Below the pieces are notes generated by a model. It searched no databases. It was not told the DNA's origin and was given only the letters and a program-made list of their open reading frames with translations. Below are positions 36,166 through 44,640 of a stretch of 64,000 nt of DNA, one piece after another. Source of the stretch: Calditrichia bacterium (GTDB taxonomy: Bacteria; Calditrichota; Calditrichia; JAJRVZ01); contig CAWCNS010000007.1 in assembly GCA_963796965.1 (NCBI GenBank), positions 896,001-960,000 on the forward strand, read 5' to 3'. A program made the translations under genes and the position numbers. How positions within the stretch are numbered: the first letter of the stretch is position 1; each line of letters begins with the position of its first letter.

Positions 36166-37371
36166 CTACTCAAACCACCTCTCATCTTCAGATGATTTTG
36201 ACAAACCTTCTGCCCTATTGATAGCATTTTTACCAAATTTTTTTCTGACCAGGTCTTCTACTTTATCAAGTTTGGACACTTCTTTGTCTACATTATCAAA
36301 TAGATTGAGTTGTTGAGAAGATTTCTGCTCAAAGCCACTGACACCAACACCGAGAAGTCTTACTTTTCGGTCCCTGTTATAGTTTCTATCAAAGAGTTCT
36401 TTTATTATACCGTGAATGATCTCGGTATTTGCTGTTTGGTGATTAATTGTTTTGTTACGGGTAAGTGTTTCAAAGCCTTCATACCGTAGTTTAAGATGGA
36501 TCGTTCTGCCCTTAAGCCCTTGTTTTCTCATGCGATAAGCCACTTTTTCTGACAAGCGTAACAACGTCTGGTAAATTTGATCAAGATCAAATAAATCCTC
36601 ATGAAAGGTATGTTCATTGCTTACTGATTTTACCGCATGATCAGGCACTACAGATCGGTCGTCTATTCCATGAGACAATTTGTAAAAATGAAGACCTGTC
36701 TTACCATATTTTTTTACGAGTAGTTCCCTTGGAAATTTTGCCAAATCACCAATAGTATGAATCCCATCCTTATTTAATTTTTCAATCGTCTTTTTACCGG
36801 CACCCCACATTCTCTTTAGGGGGAGCGGATGAAGAAAGGGTTGTATTTTATCCTCATCAACGATGACCAGACCATCTGGTTTATCCAAATCTGAGGCGAT
36901 TTTAGCCAAAAATTTATTGGGAGCAATGCCAACTGAAGCTGTTATTGCCTGCTCCTGATAAATTCGATATTTTAGTTTCTGTGCAATTTTTTTAGGGGAA
37001 CCAAGTAATTTAATTGATCCGCTGATTTCAAGGAATGCTTCATCAATGGAAAGGGGTTCAACCATATCGGTAAATTCAAAAAATATTTTAAAAATATCCT
37101 TACTCACCTGCGAATATAGTCTACCGTTTGGTGGGACATAAATTCCATGGGGACAGCGTTTGTAGGCCTGCATGATTGGCATAGCGGAATGTATGCCATA
37201 CTCCCTGGCTTCATAGGAACAGGTAGAAACCACCCCGCGCCCTTTTCCCTGTTTGGGATCTGCACCAACGATAACCGGCTTTCCCTGAAATTCCGGATGC
37301 TCCCGTTGCTCAATGGCTGCAAAAAACGCATCCATATCTACATGCAGAATATATTTACAGGATTCAGACAT
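36166..37371 (-). CDS. dinB: DNA polymerase IV (Y family)
   Basis: HVDMDAFFA, SYEAR, SIDEAFL, KIASDLDKPDG, clamp motif QLNLF. Confidence 0.95.
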   Translation of the reverse strand: MSESCKYILHVDMDAFFAAIEQREHPEFQGKPVIVGADPKQGKGRGVVSTCSYEAREYGIHSAMPIMQAYKRCPHGIYVPPNGRLYSQVSKDIFKIFFEFTDMVEPLSIDEAFLEISGSIKLLGSPKKIAQKLKYRIYQEQAITASVGIAPNKFLAKIASDLDKPDGLVIVDEDKIQPFLHPLPLKRMWGAGKKTIEKLNKDGIHTIGDLAKFPRELLVKKYGKTGLHFYKLSHGIDDRSVVPDHAVKSVSNEHTFHEDLFDLDQIYQTLLRLSEKVAYRMRKQGLKGRTIHLKLRYEGFETLTRNKTINHQTANTEIIHGIIKELFDRNYNRDRKVRLLGVGVSGFEQKSSQQLNLFDNVDKEVSKLDKVEDLVRKKFGKNAINRAEGLSKSSEDERWFE

Positions 37372-37749
37372 TGTTTTTTCTAAAAGTATTTAAAAATAAT
37401 TTTAACCCTAAATAAAACTATAAATTCTATTGCCTAGCGCCAGGTAAAAATTGTAACTGAAATATATTTATGCATAATAATAAATCCAAGATTTTTCTAA
37501 TCCTATTTTACCCTCGACATCCTCACCTATTAAATTTCGTAGTTAAACTTCAATATGAAAAATAATTGCGAGTAGAATTCTGCTTAACACTGTATTTTTA
37601 TTTATTCATATTTCAATATTTGAAGGCAAATCTGATCTCGTCATTTTCGTTCCCGATCCAAAGTAATTTTTTTTAATTATAATTATTATCCAGCCTGCTA
37701 TTTAGGCTAATTTTTATTAAAAAATAACTTGACAAAGACCTGAGGTATA

Positions 37750-37765
37750 GTGTACATTTGTACAC
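37750..37765. promoter_or_regulatory. Putative LexA box GTGTAC-ATTT-GTACAC overlapping the lexA promoter
   Basis: Palindrome 35 bp upstream of lexA, downstream of TTGACA (37729-37734); repeated at 39822 and 44610. Confidence 0.8.
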
Positions 37766-37800
37766 TTCTAATAATTAATCCTTAGATATGGGGCAGATCT

Positions 37801-38418
37801 ATGCGCGAGTTAACAAAAAAGCAGCAACAAATTTTACAGCTTATTGCAGATTCAGTAGAAGAATATGGTTATCCCCCAACCTATCAGCAACTTTGCAATA
37901 CCCTGGGCATTAGTTCTAAAAATGGCGTAAAAAAGCATATCGACGCCCTTGTGGCAAAAGGATACCTGGAGAAAGATTCCTCACCCCGTGGATTACGTAT
38001 CATTGATCCGGCCTATAAGCCTAAAACCCTGGATGAGTATTCTGTCCCATTAGTCGGCCATATCGCCGCTGGTTTCCCGATTCTTGCTGAAGAAAATGTG
38101 GAACGATATGTGCCCGTTCCCAGACACCTGATCAAAAGTGAAGGTCGCTACTATGCTTTAAGGGTAAGGGGCGATAGTATGATTAATGCGGGCATATTTG
38201 AAGACGATCTGGTAATTGTAAAAGCGTCTGACATGGCCATCAATAATGACATTGTCGTGGCCTTGATAGACGGAGAGGTGACAGTAAAAAGATTTGTACA
38301 TAAAGGGGAAGAAAAATATCTGAAAGCTGAGAACCCGGCTTATGCAAATCTTTATCCCTTAGAGTCATTTGCTGTTCAGGGCAAGGTTATCGGTCTGATC
38401 CGGGAGAACTTTCATTAA
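37801..38418 (+). CDS. lexA: SOS repressor LexA
   Basis: LTKKQ..GYPPT wHTH, AAGFP cleavage site, GDSM Ser, VTVKR Lys. Confidence 0.95.
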   Translation: MRELTKKQQQILQLIADSVEEYGYPPTYQQLCNTLGISSKNGVKKHIDALVAKGYLEKDSSPRGLRIIDPAYKPKTLDEYSVPLVGHIAAGFPILAEENVERYVPVPRHLIKSEGRYYALRVRGDSMINAGIFEDDLVIVKASDMAINNDIVVALIDGEVTVKRFVHKGEEKYLKAENPAYANLYPLESFAVQGKVIGLIRENFH

Positions 38419-38699
38419 TCACAAAGCTTAGAACAAATAGAGAAGAGAGAAAACAGAAGAGGATGTTAATCGTAGAGAGTAAAAGCGTTAAACGTGGAGA
38501 GGAGAGAATAGTATATAGGGGCTGCCCAGATGAATATTCTCCAAAGGAGTCCTTCGGACAATTCTCAATTAATATAATTGAGAATGATGAATGATGATTT
38601 GTGAATAATTTTTCCGATAAAAACGCCTCCTTCAAGCCGGCGTATCCGCCAGGGTCAGATCTTCGATCGGGACCAAATCATCCTCGATTTGGCAATCAT

Positions 38700-38865
38700 G
38701 CTCACGTCTGGCGTCTTGCTTATAGCGTTTCACGTCTGACTTTTGACGCTTGACCTTTCACATTTCACATTTGACGTTTGACATTTCACATTTAACATCT
38801 TGTCTCTCACGTCTAGCTTCTAGCGTTTTACGTTTCACATTTGACCTTTCACGTTTGACATTTAC
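38700..38865. repeat. Degenerate heptamer array (TTTCACA/TTTGACG/TCTCACG)
   Basis: 7-nt periodicity; related arrays at about 39625-39715, 39995-40060, 41015-41110, 42385-42415 and inverted at 44260-44275. Confidence 0.85.
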
Positions 38866-38882
38866 CTATACCAGAATTAAGA

Positions 38883-39329
38883 ATGTCTAAATCTGATAAA
38901 TTAAAATCAAATCCTTTTGAACGATCCCAGCCTGTTACACAGGAATTTTTCGATATTCCACTTTTAGGAATGGTACGTGCTAGTGGTCCTACTTCCCCAA
39001 GCGGAGATTATAACCTAAATGATTTAGTATCAAATTTTCAAAACACCAATCAAAACTCTATTACCCTTCAGGTACTCGACAATGCAATGTCCAGGTCTGG
39101 CATTATCAAAGGCGACTATATAACCGTAGATTTACGTCTTCATCCTGGCAACGGGGATATTGTCGTTGTAAAATTAGGTGAGAAATTCTTTATCCGCCGA
39201 TTTTTTCAGGAAAGTAACCGTATCCGTCTGGAAACCTCCGATGACTATCCTTCTTCTCTTGTAATAGAAACAAATACACCTGATTTTCATATTTTAGGCA
39301 AGGTACTTTCCCTCTCCCGACAATTCTAG
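38883..39329 (+). CDS. LexA/UmuD-like S24 domain protein, predicted catalytically inactive, no DNA-binding domain
   Basis: IPLLGMVRASGP, VLDNAM in place of V.GDSM, GIIKGD, NGDIVVV, FFIRRF in place of VTVKR, ILGKV. Confidence 0.75.
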   Translation: MSKSDKLKSNPFERSQPVTQEFFDIPLLGMVRASGPTSPSGDYNLNDLVSNFQNTNQNSITLQVLDNAMSRSGIIKGDYITVDLRLHPGNGDIVVVKLGEKFFIRRFFQESNRIRLETSDDYPSSLVIETNTPDFHILGKVLSLSRQF

Positions 39330-39821
39330 ATTTTGTTGAGAGTAGAGAGAAAAGTGTCGAGGTGAGCAGCGATTACATCGGGGTTTTCGACCAACAGGCT
39401 ACCCGATTGGATCAATACAGTAACGACGCGATTTATCGCGTCGATTTATCAACAGAAAAAGAGGCATTGAATATACAAGGTTCATGTAGGGGCAAGACCC
39501 GTGTGTCTGTCCTGAATATTCATCCGCCAACGAGATAGTATTAAATATCATTTAATTTCATTGCGAATGGTGAACAAGCTAAAATAATTTTCAGTTTTCA
39601 GTCTTAAATTTTCAATTTTCAGAGCGTCTTGCTTATAGCGTTTCACGACTGACTTTTGACGTTTGACCTTTCACATTTAACGTCTCACGTTTCACATTTC
39701 ACGTTTGACGTTTGGTTTATAGCATCGCACCTATAGCTCTCCTTCCTAAGCCCTCAAATCCCAACCCAAAATTATTTTTCACTTTTTCCTTGCACTTTCC
39801 TCCCCCCATACTTATATTTTG

Positions 39822-39837
39822 GTGTACGTGTGTACAC
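39822..39837. promoter_or_regulatory. Putative LexA box GTGTAC-GTGT-GTACAC
   Basis: Directly downstream of TTGCAC(39790)-17 bp-TATATT(39813) sigma70-like promoter. Confidence 0.75.
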
Positions 39838-40079
39838 TTTTAAAATAAAAAAGGTGTTTTTGGTGCTAAAATATGGAAACGTTGGTAAACAATTCCTGGG
39901 GTTGGTAGTATAAAAAGATAGAAACCAGAGACAAAGAAGAGTGACGAGCTAAAGTAATTTTCAATTTTCAGTCTTAAATTTTCAATTATCAGAACGTCTC
40001 ACGTCTATCTTCTAGCGTTTCGACGTTTGACGTCTCACATTTCACGTTTGACGTTTCACTTTTGACAGGTAACACACAA

Positions 40080-40334
40080 ATGGTATATGAAGACATTTTT
40101 GAGCCAATAGAAGTCATCTCGCTTTTTAAAAGCGGTAAAATCAAGCCACTCCGTTTTAAATGGAACGGACGGGTATATAAAATTAACCGATTAAACGGAC
40201 ATTGGGTAAGTCCACAGGGATATAACAAACAATATCACTTTTCTCTGATGGCTGACACTCATGACCATTTCGAAATTATGTTTGATACTTCAAATTTCGA
40301 ATGGCAGATTGCCCGTGTCTGTTTGGAGGGATAA
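40080..40334 (+). CDS. Small protein resembling DUF6504 / ImuB C-terminal region
   Basis: 84 aa, PLRFKWNGRVYKI..W..F..WQI pattern; located in mutagenesis cluster. Confidence 0.55.
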   Translation: MVYEDIFEPIEVISLFKSGKIKPLRFKWNGRVYKINRLNGHWVSPQGYNKQYHFSLMADTHDHFEIMFDTSNFEWQIARVCLEG

Positions 40335-40336
40335 AC

Positions 40337-40666
40337 ATGATGATGAATAATCCAGATTCACAGGTTTCAGAAGCTTTTGATTTGTTCCCGCAAATTCATA
40401 GAAAGGAACGAAAGAAACCACAACAGCAGAAAAAGCGCGCTCTAAAACGCCTGCTCAGTGAGGTTATTTTGGGGCAGCGTTCTTTTCTCAAAATACACAG
40501 CGATGCCTTACGGACAGATTTCTGGTTTGTCAACGAGGGTCTGGTTAATCCGGCAGATCAAATGTTTAACAGCAAAGTCATAACAATGGAAATGCTTGCA
40601 GAAATCATGACAGCCCGGCAACCGATCCTTCAAACCGTGGAAGAACTGTTCCGGGAAAACATATAA
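40337..40666 (+). CDS. Hypothetical protein (109 aa)
   Basis: GGAGGG RBS at 40325-40330, starts 2 bp after previous stop. Confidence 0.6.
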   Translation: MMMNNPDSQVSEAFDLFPQIHRKERKKPQQQKKRALKRLLSEVILGQRSFLKIHSDALRTDFWFVNEGLVNPADQMFNSKVITMEMLAEIMTARQPILQTVEELFRENI

Positions 40667-40788
40667 TGGAAACCGGAGGCAGGAAACTGGTGACCGGAAC
40701 TGTAAAGGGTGGAGAGTAGAGCGTGTTTTAGAAGAGCGAAAAGAGAGGAGAATGTAGGGGCGGCCCGGTTGTAGACCCCGTTATACGG

Positions 40789-41025
40789 GGTGTGTCTGCC
40801 CTATAAATATTCAACAGTCAACGCGGAATAACCAAGTGAAATGTCAAACGGCAAACGTAAGACGTGGAGCGTAGAGGGTAAAGCGTAGAGTGAGAAATAT
40901 GTAAAGATTCAATGCATTGCGCCTCAATGAATATTCAACATCAACGCGGAATATTCTCCAAAGGAGTCTTTCGGACAATTTTCAATTACTCTACTTTTAG
41001 CATCTATCTTTTAGCGTTTGACGTT
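40789..41025 (+). repeat. Composite intergenic repeat, copy 1 (inverted copy at 44264-44452)
   Basis: About 190 bp near-identical to the reverse complement of 44264-44452, plus an extra ~45-bp module whose core also occurs at about 38532-38562. Confidence 0.9.
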
Positions 41026-41152
41026 TCACGTTTGACTTTTGATGTCTCGCGTTTCACATTTGACCTTTCACATTTCACGTCTCACGTTTCACATTTCACG
41101 TCTGACATTTTACACAATTAATCCAGTATCGAGAATCGAGTACCGAGATAAC

Positions 41153-42364
41153 ATGCGAACTATCATGCACATAGACGCGGATGCTTTTTTTGCATCTGTT
41201 GAACAGGGATTTAACCCGATGTTACGTAATCGTCCGGTTATCGTGGGGGGGACGGAACAACAAAGGGGTGTTGTACATACTGCCAGTTATGAGGCACGCG
41301 CCTGCGGTATCAGGACCGGCATGGCCCTGATCCGGGCAAAACAGATCTGCCCCGAAGCGATATTTCTGAAAGGAAATTATCAACATTACCAGGCTATCTC
41401 TCATTTTTTACAGGAAACCTATATAAAATACACACCAATTGTTGAATTTACCTCCCTTGATGATGCCTATTTGGATCTGACCGGCACATTCCATTTGCAC
41501 CCTGAACCGGAGCAAATTGCCCGTAATATCCAGTTAGAAGTATGGAGGAAAGTGGGCGTTGGCCTCTCCATGGGAATCGGCAAAAACAAGGTAATTGCCA
41601 ATATTGCCTCAGGGCTGCGGAAACCCAGGGGAATAATTCATGTGCCGGGAGGGACAGAAAAGGAATTTCTCGCACCACTTCCGGTCGACAACTTACCTGG
41701 TGTTGGTCGAATGGCGAAAGAAAAGTTAACCGATCTTGGTATTTTTACTGTCGGACAATTGGCCCAGTTCTCAAAACTGCTCCTTGAACAGCTTTTTGGG
41801 AAAAACGGCAAAAAGATTTGGGAATTAGCCAATGGACATGACCCGCGAGAAGTCAAACAACGCATTATTCCAAAACAGTTAAGCAGAGAAACCAGTTTCG
41901 AAGAGGATACGGCCGACATTGGAATCATTAAGGGAACCCTGCAATACCTGACAGAGCGCCTCGCAAAGAAACTCAGACAAGAGGGAATTATTTGCCAGAC
42001 AGTACAGGTAAAAATACGCTACTCCGACTTTACAGGCAATAACCGTTCCCGCTCCCTCCCCTACCCCAGCGATGATAGTACGACATTATTCAAAATGGCC
42101 GACGGCCTTTTTGATGAAATCCGCTTAAAACGAGTTCGCATCCGACACATTGGTGTATCTGTAACGCAGATAACACCACTAAACTGGCAGGCCGCATTAT
42201 TTAATGACAAAAACCGGCAAGAATCTTTAAATACAATCATTGACGAAATTCGTGATAAATTCGGATTTATGGCAATTCTTCCCGCCGAAACAATCGAATT
42301 AAAGAGAAAATATCGCATGGAACCCAATGGCTATGTTCTCCACAACCCGGCGTTGACACGTTAA
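41153..42364 (+). CDS. dinB: Second DNA polymerase IV-like Y-family polymerase
   Basis: HIDADAFFASVE, SYEAR, SLDDAYLD, KPRG, LPGVG, clamp-like QAALF; start at ATG 41153. Confidence 0.9.
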   Translation: MRTIMHIDADAFFASVEQGFNPMLRNRPVIVGGTEQQRGVVHTASYEARACGIRTGMALIRAKQICPEAIFLKGNYQHYQAISHFLQETYIKYTPIVEFTSLDDAYLDLTGTFHLHPEPEQIARNIQLEVWRKVGVGLSMGIGKNKVIANIASGLRKPRGIIHVPGGTEKEFLAPLPVDNLPGVGRMAKEKLTDLGIFTVGQLAQFSKLLLEQLFGKNGKKIWELANGHDPREVKQRIIPKQLSRETSFEEDTADIGIIKGTLQYLTERLAKKLRQEGIICQTVQVKIRYSDFTGNNRSRSLPYPSDDSTTLFKMADGLFDEIRLKRVRIRHIGVSVTQITPLNWQAALFNDKNRQESLNTIIDEIRDKFGFMAILPAETIELKRKYRMEPNGYVLHNPALTR

Positions 42365-42524
42365 TATACGTGGAGAGTAGAGCGTCTCACCTTTCACATT
42401 TGACATTTCACGTCTATTAAATTGCTCATTTCCCTAAATTTTGCTCCCAAGTCAATAATTACTTGAGTTAAATCAAATTCTTCTATAGATTTCGCGGAAT
42501 CTAATCAAGAAAAATAGGAAAAAA

Positions 42525-42974
42525 ATGAAAACAGTAGAGATATTTACCGATGGTGCTTGTTCCGGGAATCCAGGTCCTGGCGGGTACGGCGTAATTCTGA
42601 GAAGCGATAATAAAATCAAAGAACTATCTGCCGGATATCGCCAAACAACAAATAATCGTATGGAGTTGAGAGCTGTAATAGCTGGATTAGAAGCATTAAA
42701 AGAGAAATGTGCCATAAAAATCTATTCAGATTCAAAGTATATCGTTGATGCCGTACAGCAAGGATGGGCAAGAAGATGGCAAAGAAATAACTGGTACCGC
42801 AACAAAAAAGAGAAGGCGTTGAATCCTGATCTCTGGCAGAATTTATTGGATTTGATAGATCACCATCGCGTTGAATTCATCTGGGTAAAAGGACATGCCG
42901 GGCATGCTGAGAATGAACGTTGTGATGAATTAGCCGTTGCGGCTGCAGCCGGAGAAAATCTGCTCGAAGATTGA
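42525..42974 (+). CDS. rnhA: Ribonuclease HI
   Basis: TDGACSGNPGPGG, TTNNRMEL, DSKY, WVKGHAGHAENERCD. Confidence 0.97.
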   Translation: MKTVEIFTDGACSGNPGPGGYGVILRSDNKIKELSAGYRQTTNNRMELRAVIAGLEALKEKCAIKIYSDSKYIVDAVQQGWARRWQRNNWYRNKKEKALNPDLWQNLLDLIDHHRVEFIWVKGHAGHAENERCDELAVAAAAGENLLED

Positions 42975-43136
42975 TGATTTTCTTTGATATTAATCGTTAA
43001 CAATGTATATTTTAAGCAAAAAACAACAACCACATACACAAAAATTCTGAGTATAATCTCTATCAATAAAGTGAAGCAGAAATCAAAGGAGAACCTCCTA
43101 AATTCTGCGACCTGGCTTTCTTAAGGTGCTCAATTA

Positions 43137-44255
43137 ATGCATAATTGCCTCATTATTCTTTTGTTTATCCTGGCCATTATTTTAAACAGTTGTACAACAC
43201 AGAGTAGTGCTATCAAAATTAACACTGTTCGTATTGAAGATGTAGGTGTATCAAAACTCTTTAATGGAAATTCTGATGTAAAAAATCTTCATGCTGAATG
43301 GTATGGTGGTACCGTTGATCTATATTATGACCTGATAAATATTAATACGTCTCCTCAAAGACTTGCCTACCATGCAGAAGATGAGTATGCCTATGTTTAC
43401 AAAACCCTAAATGCCGGAACAGCCACTGGTACTATTATTTCAGCTCCCGATAATTCAGAAATAAGTTGGGATGAGATATCTTCTCTTGAAGATTTTGAAG
43501 CAATTGATCTTGTTTTTGCCGTTTGGACTGACAAAGAAGATAAAAAATACCAGGATATGGTCTATATAACAGGTGGAAGTTTTCGGATGGGAAGTAAATT
43601 CAATAAAGATGAAAAACCAAAACACCCTGTTACTGTAGATGGATATTATTTGGATAAGTATGAAGTAACAGTGAAACAATACAGAGCGTTTTGCCGGGCG
43701 ACAAAACGTAACATGCCAAAACAACCCTATTGGAATAATGAGAATCACCCAGTGGTCAATGTAAAATGGACTGATGCAAATGCCTATGCAAAATGGAAAG
43801 GGAAACGCCTTCCTACAGAAGCAGAATGGGAATATGCTGCCCGGATTGGCAACCGAAAATTTTACTATGCCTGGGGCAATGTGAAACCGGCACGCCGAAG
43901 GGGCGGAAACATAGCCGATGAATCAATCCTGGCCGAAAAAAGAAATTGGAAAATCTGGAAGGGTTATAATGATGGGTTTGTCTACACTTCTCCTGTTGGC
44001 AGTTTTAACCCTAATCAATTTGGATTATTTGATATGACAGGTAATGTCTGCGAATGGTGTTCTGATTGGTATCAGGCAGATTATTACACAAATAGCCCCC
44101 AATTAAATCCCAAAGGGCCTAAAAAAGGTACCCACAGAGTTCTTCGAAGTGGCGCATGGAATATGGGCCCACGAAAGGTTTTAACTACAAAAAGATTTTA
44201 CTTTCGCCCGGATGTAGAATTAAACTACGTTGGTTTTCGCTGCGCTAAAGATTAA
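43137..44255 (+). CDS. Formylglycine-generating enzyme (FGE-sulfatase) domain lipoprotein
   Basis: Lipobox LNSC, HPVVNV, RLPTEAEWEYAAR, GLFDMTGNVCEW, GFRC. Confidence 0.9.
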   Translation: MHNCLIILLFILAIILNSCTTQSSAIKINTVRIEDVGVSKLFNGNSDVKNLHAEWYGGTVDLYYDLININTSPQRLAYHAEDEYAYVYKTLNAGTATGTIISAPDNSEISWDEISSLEDFEAIDLVFAVWTDKEDKKYQDMVYITGGSFRMGSKFNKDEKPKHPVTVDGYYLDKYEVTVKQYRAFCRATKRNMPKQPYWNNENHPVVNVKWTDANAYAKWKGKRLPTEAEWEYAARIGNRKFYYAWGNVKPARRRGGNIADESILAEKRNWKIWKGYNDGFVYTSPVGSFNPNQFGLFDMTGNVCEWCSDWYQADYYTNSPQLNPKGPKKGTHRVLRSGAWNMGPRKVLTTKRFYFRPDVELNYVGFRCAKD

Positions 44256-44263
44256 TCATGTCA

Positions 44264-44452
44264 AACGTCAAACGCTAAAGCTAGATGCTAAAAGTAGAGT
44301 AATTGAATATTCATTGAGGCGCAATGCATTGATTCTTTACATATTTCTCACTCTACGCTTTACCCTCTACGCTCCACGTCTTACGTTTGCCGTTTGACAT
44401 TTCACTTGGTTATTCCGTGTTGACTATTGAATATTTATAGGGCAGACACACC
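44264..44452 (-). repeat. Composite intergenic repeat, copy 2 (inverted)
   Basis: Reverse complement matches 40789-41025 apart from a few substitutions and one deletion. Confidence 0.9.
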
Positions 44453-44609
44453 GAATCGCGCCGCCTACATTCTCCCCTCACTTTTCTCCTAAACGCTCTA
44501 CTCTCTGCGCCTATACTACTCTCCTCTCTCTTCTCTCTTCGCTCTACAAAATCACGCTCTACCCTCCACGATTTTCCTATTGACTTTAAATATTATTTTC
44601 GTAGATTAG

Positions 44610-44625
44610 GTGTACGTTTGTACAC
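44610..44625. promoter_or_regulatory. Putative LexA box GTGTAC-GTTT-GTACAC
   Basis: 15 bp upstream of the dnaE2 ATG, next to TTGACT(44580)-16 bp-TAGATT(44602). Confidence 0.8.
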
Positions 44626-44640
44626 TATTTTTAAGGATAT

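Noticed and set aside
39873..39921. Tiny ORF or HhH-like remnant (TIPGVG in a shifted frame) after LexA box 2
   Set aside because: Too short and interrupted to support a gene call
38440..41110. Possible CRISPR array in the repeat-rich SOS intergenic regions
   Set aside because: No constant 25-45 bp repeat with unique regular spacers and no cas genes
41039..41152. N-terminal extension of the second DinB (SRLTFHI repeats)
   Set aside because: Read-through of a heptamer array; the family-typical start is MRTIMHID at 41153
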